Part shown: one piece after another, positions 23,328-24,000 of the stretch | Layout of the letters: each line of letters opens with the position of its first letter | Position numbering within the stretch: the stretch's first letter is position 1 | NCBI GenBank assembly: GCA_002685935.1 | Contig: NYZD01000179.1 | Coordinates: 11,059 to 35,058, forward strand | Length of the DNA stretch: 24,000 nucleotides | Reading direction: 5' to 3' | Origin: Planctomycetaceae bacterium | GTDB lineage: Bacteria; Planctomycetota; Phycisphaerae; Phycisphaerales; Zrk34 | Position numbers and translations under genes: made by a program | The notes under the pieces: model-generated | Seen by the model: the letters and a program-made list of their open reading frames with translations, nothing else | What the model was told of the DNA's origin: nothing | Database searches by the model: none

Positions 23328-23465
23328 ATCGCAGTCTCGCCGCAACGCCGCCCCGCGCTGGCCCGCCCATCATCGCCCGGCGATGTCGCCCCCTCCCAAT
23401 GCCCGGACCGGTGATCCGCGCCGGTAGACGTTTCGCCCGTTGTCCGCGCGAATCGGGAATTTGTG

Positions 23466-23494
23466 TTGCCCCGAGACACTATTTTGGATATATT
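23466..23494 (+). promoter_or_regulatory. Candidate sigma70-type promoter inside an AT-rich island
   Basis: TTGCCC (23466-23471), a 17-nt spacer, then TATATT (23489-23494). This is the only strongly AT-rich stretch in the intergenic region. It would give a leader of roughly 125 nt before the ATG at 23627. Confidence 0.4.
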
Positions 23495-23626
23495 TATCAT
23501 CTTATGGGCGACGTGCGGCCGCCTGTTCGGGCTGGTTCCGTCTCCACGCAACGGAATTCGGCGCCGCCTTGCACGGTGCCGCGCGACAACCACGCCCACC
23601 TGGACAACACGGAAAGGAGCCCACCG

Positions 23627-24000
23627 ATGCTGAAACCCGATGAGCACAGAATCTGGCCGGCGCTGATCGTCTGCGCGGCGATCGGACTTGCATCACTCGC
23701 GCACGCGGACATCACGATCATCGCCCAGGAAGGTGACGCGCCGCCGGACGACAACGGCACGTTCTCGGGCTTCTTTGCCGCCAGCGTCGTGCTCAACGAC
23801 GCCGGACAAGTGGCGTTCTACGGGTTTCTTGACAATACGAGCGGGGGACTCGTGGATAACGAGGGGCTGTTTCGAGGCGGCGGCGGGGCGTTGACCCAGG
23901 TGACGCGAGGAGGTGACCCGGCGCCCGACGGCAACGGAACATTTCAGTCATACTTCCTCCCCGCGATCAACCAGGCCGGCCAGCTAGCCTTTAAGGGCGT
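23627..24000 (+). CDS. 5' part of a secreted tandem-repeat protein of the 'choice-of-anchor NxxGxxAF repeat' type (runs off the right edge)
   Basis: AAGGAG (23614-23619) lies upstream of the ATG. Signal peptide: IWPALIVCAAIGLASLAHA|D. Two copies of the repeat are visible: GD.APPDDNGTF..F....LNDAGQVAF and GDPAPDGNGTFQSYFLPAINQAGQLAF. Confidence 0.7.
   Translation, partial: MLKPDEHRIWPALIVCAAIGLASLAHADITIIAQEGDAPPDDNGTFSGFFAASVVLNDAGQVAFYGFLDNTSGGLVDNEGLFRGGGGALTQVTRGGDPAPDGNGTFQSYFLPAINQAGQLAFKG

Overview
This is a visibly GC-rich bacterial window. The gene content suggests a Planctomycetota/PVC-type genome: a TIGR03790-like domain, an NxxGxxAF tandem-repeat exoprotein, a DUF6498-like membrane protein, and many Tat or lipoprotein signals. 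That placement is inference only.

The left ~10 kb (1-9970) is the distal part of a phage-derived gene block. It lies on one strand and is tightly packed, with several ATGA/GTGA start-stop overlaps. It begins with the 3' end of a putative capsid-type gene followed by a hairpin, then mostly orphan virion ORFs. These include a tail-fibre-like protein with adhesin-head-like Gly/Asn repeats, a 704-aa LamG + TIGR03790-like + FN3-like fusion, and a 568-aa protein with a gpD/hub-like C-terminus. The block ends with four small membrane, lipoprotein or helical genes, including an out-of-frame overlapped pair that looks spanin-like. I can see no tube, sheath, tape-measure, endolysin, integrase or RNA genes, and no CRISPR array.

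The right ~14 kb is chromosomal:
- a phosphohexomutase
- a QueD/PTPS-like protein that appears to lack the catalytic Cys and His
- a translationally coupled PhoH2 (PIN-PhoH) / P-loop kinase / NIF3 operon, in which PhoH2 is frameshifted at a GATCGATC repeat
- an exported GH42-like hydrolase
- an ArsP/DUF318-type permease with an unusual tandem Cys-Cys dyad loop
- a DsrE-like lipoprotein with a CPHC motif
- a Wzz/PCP-like gene split by a single in-frame TAG
- a DUF6498-like membrane protein
- an M50 site-2 protease
- a Tat-exported alkaline phosphatase
- the start of an NxxGxxAF-repeat protein

All family assignments come from motif recognition by eye and need profile or structure searches to confirm.
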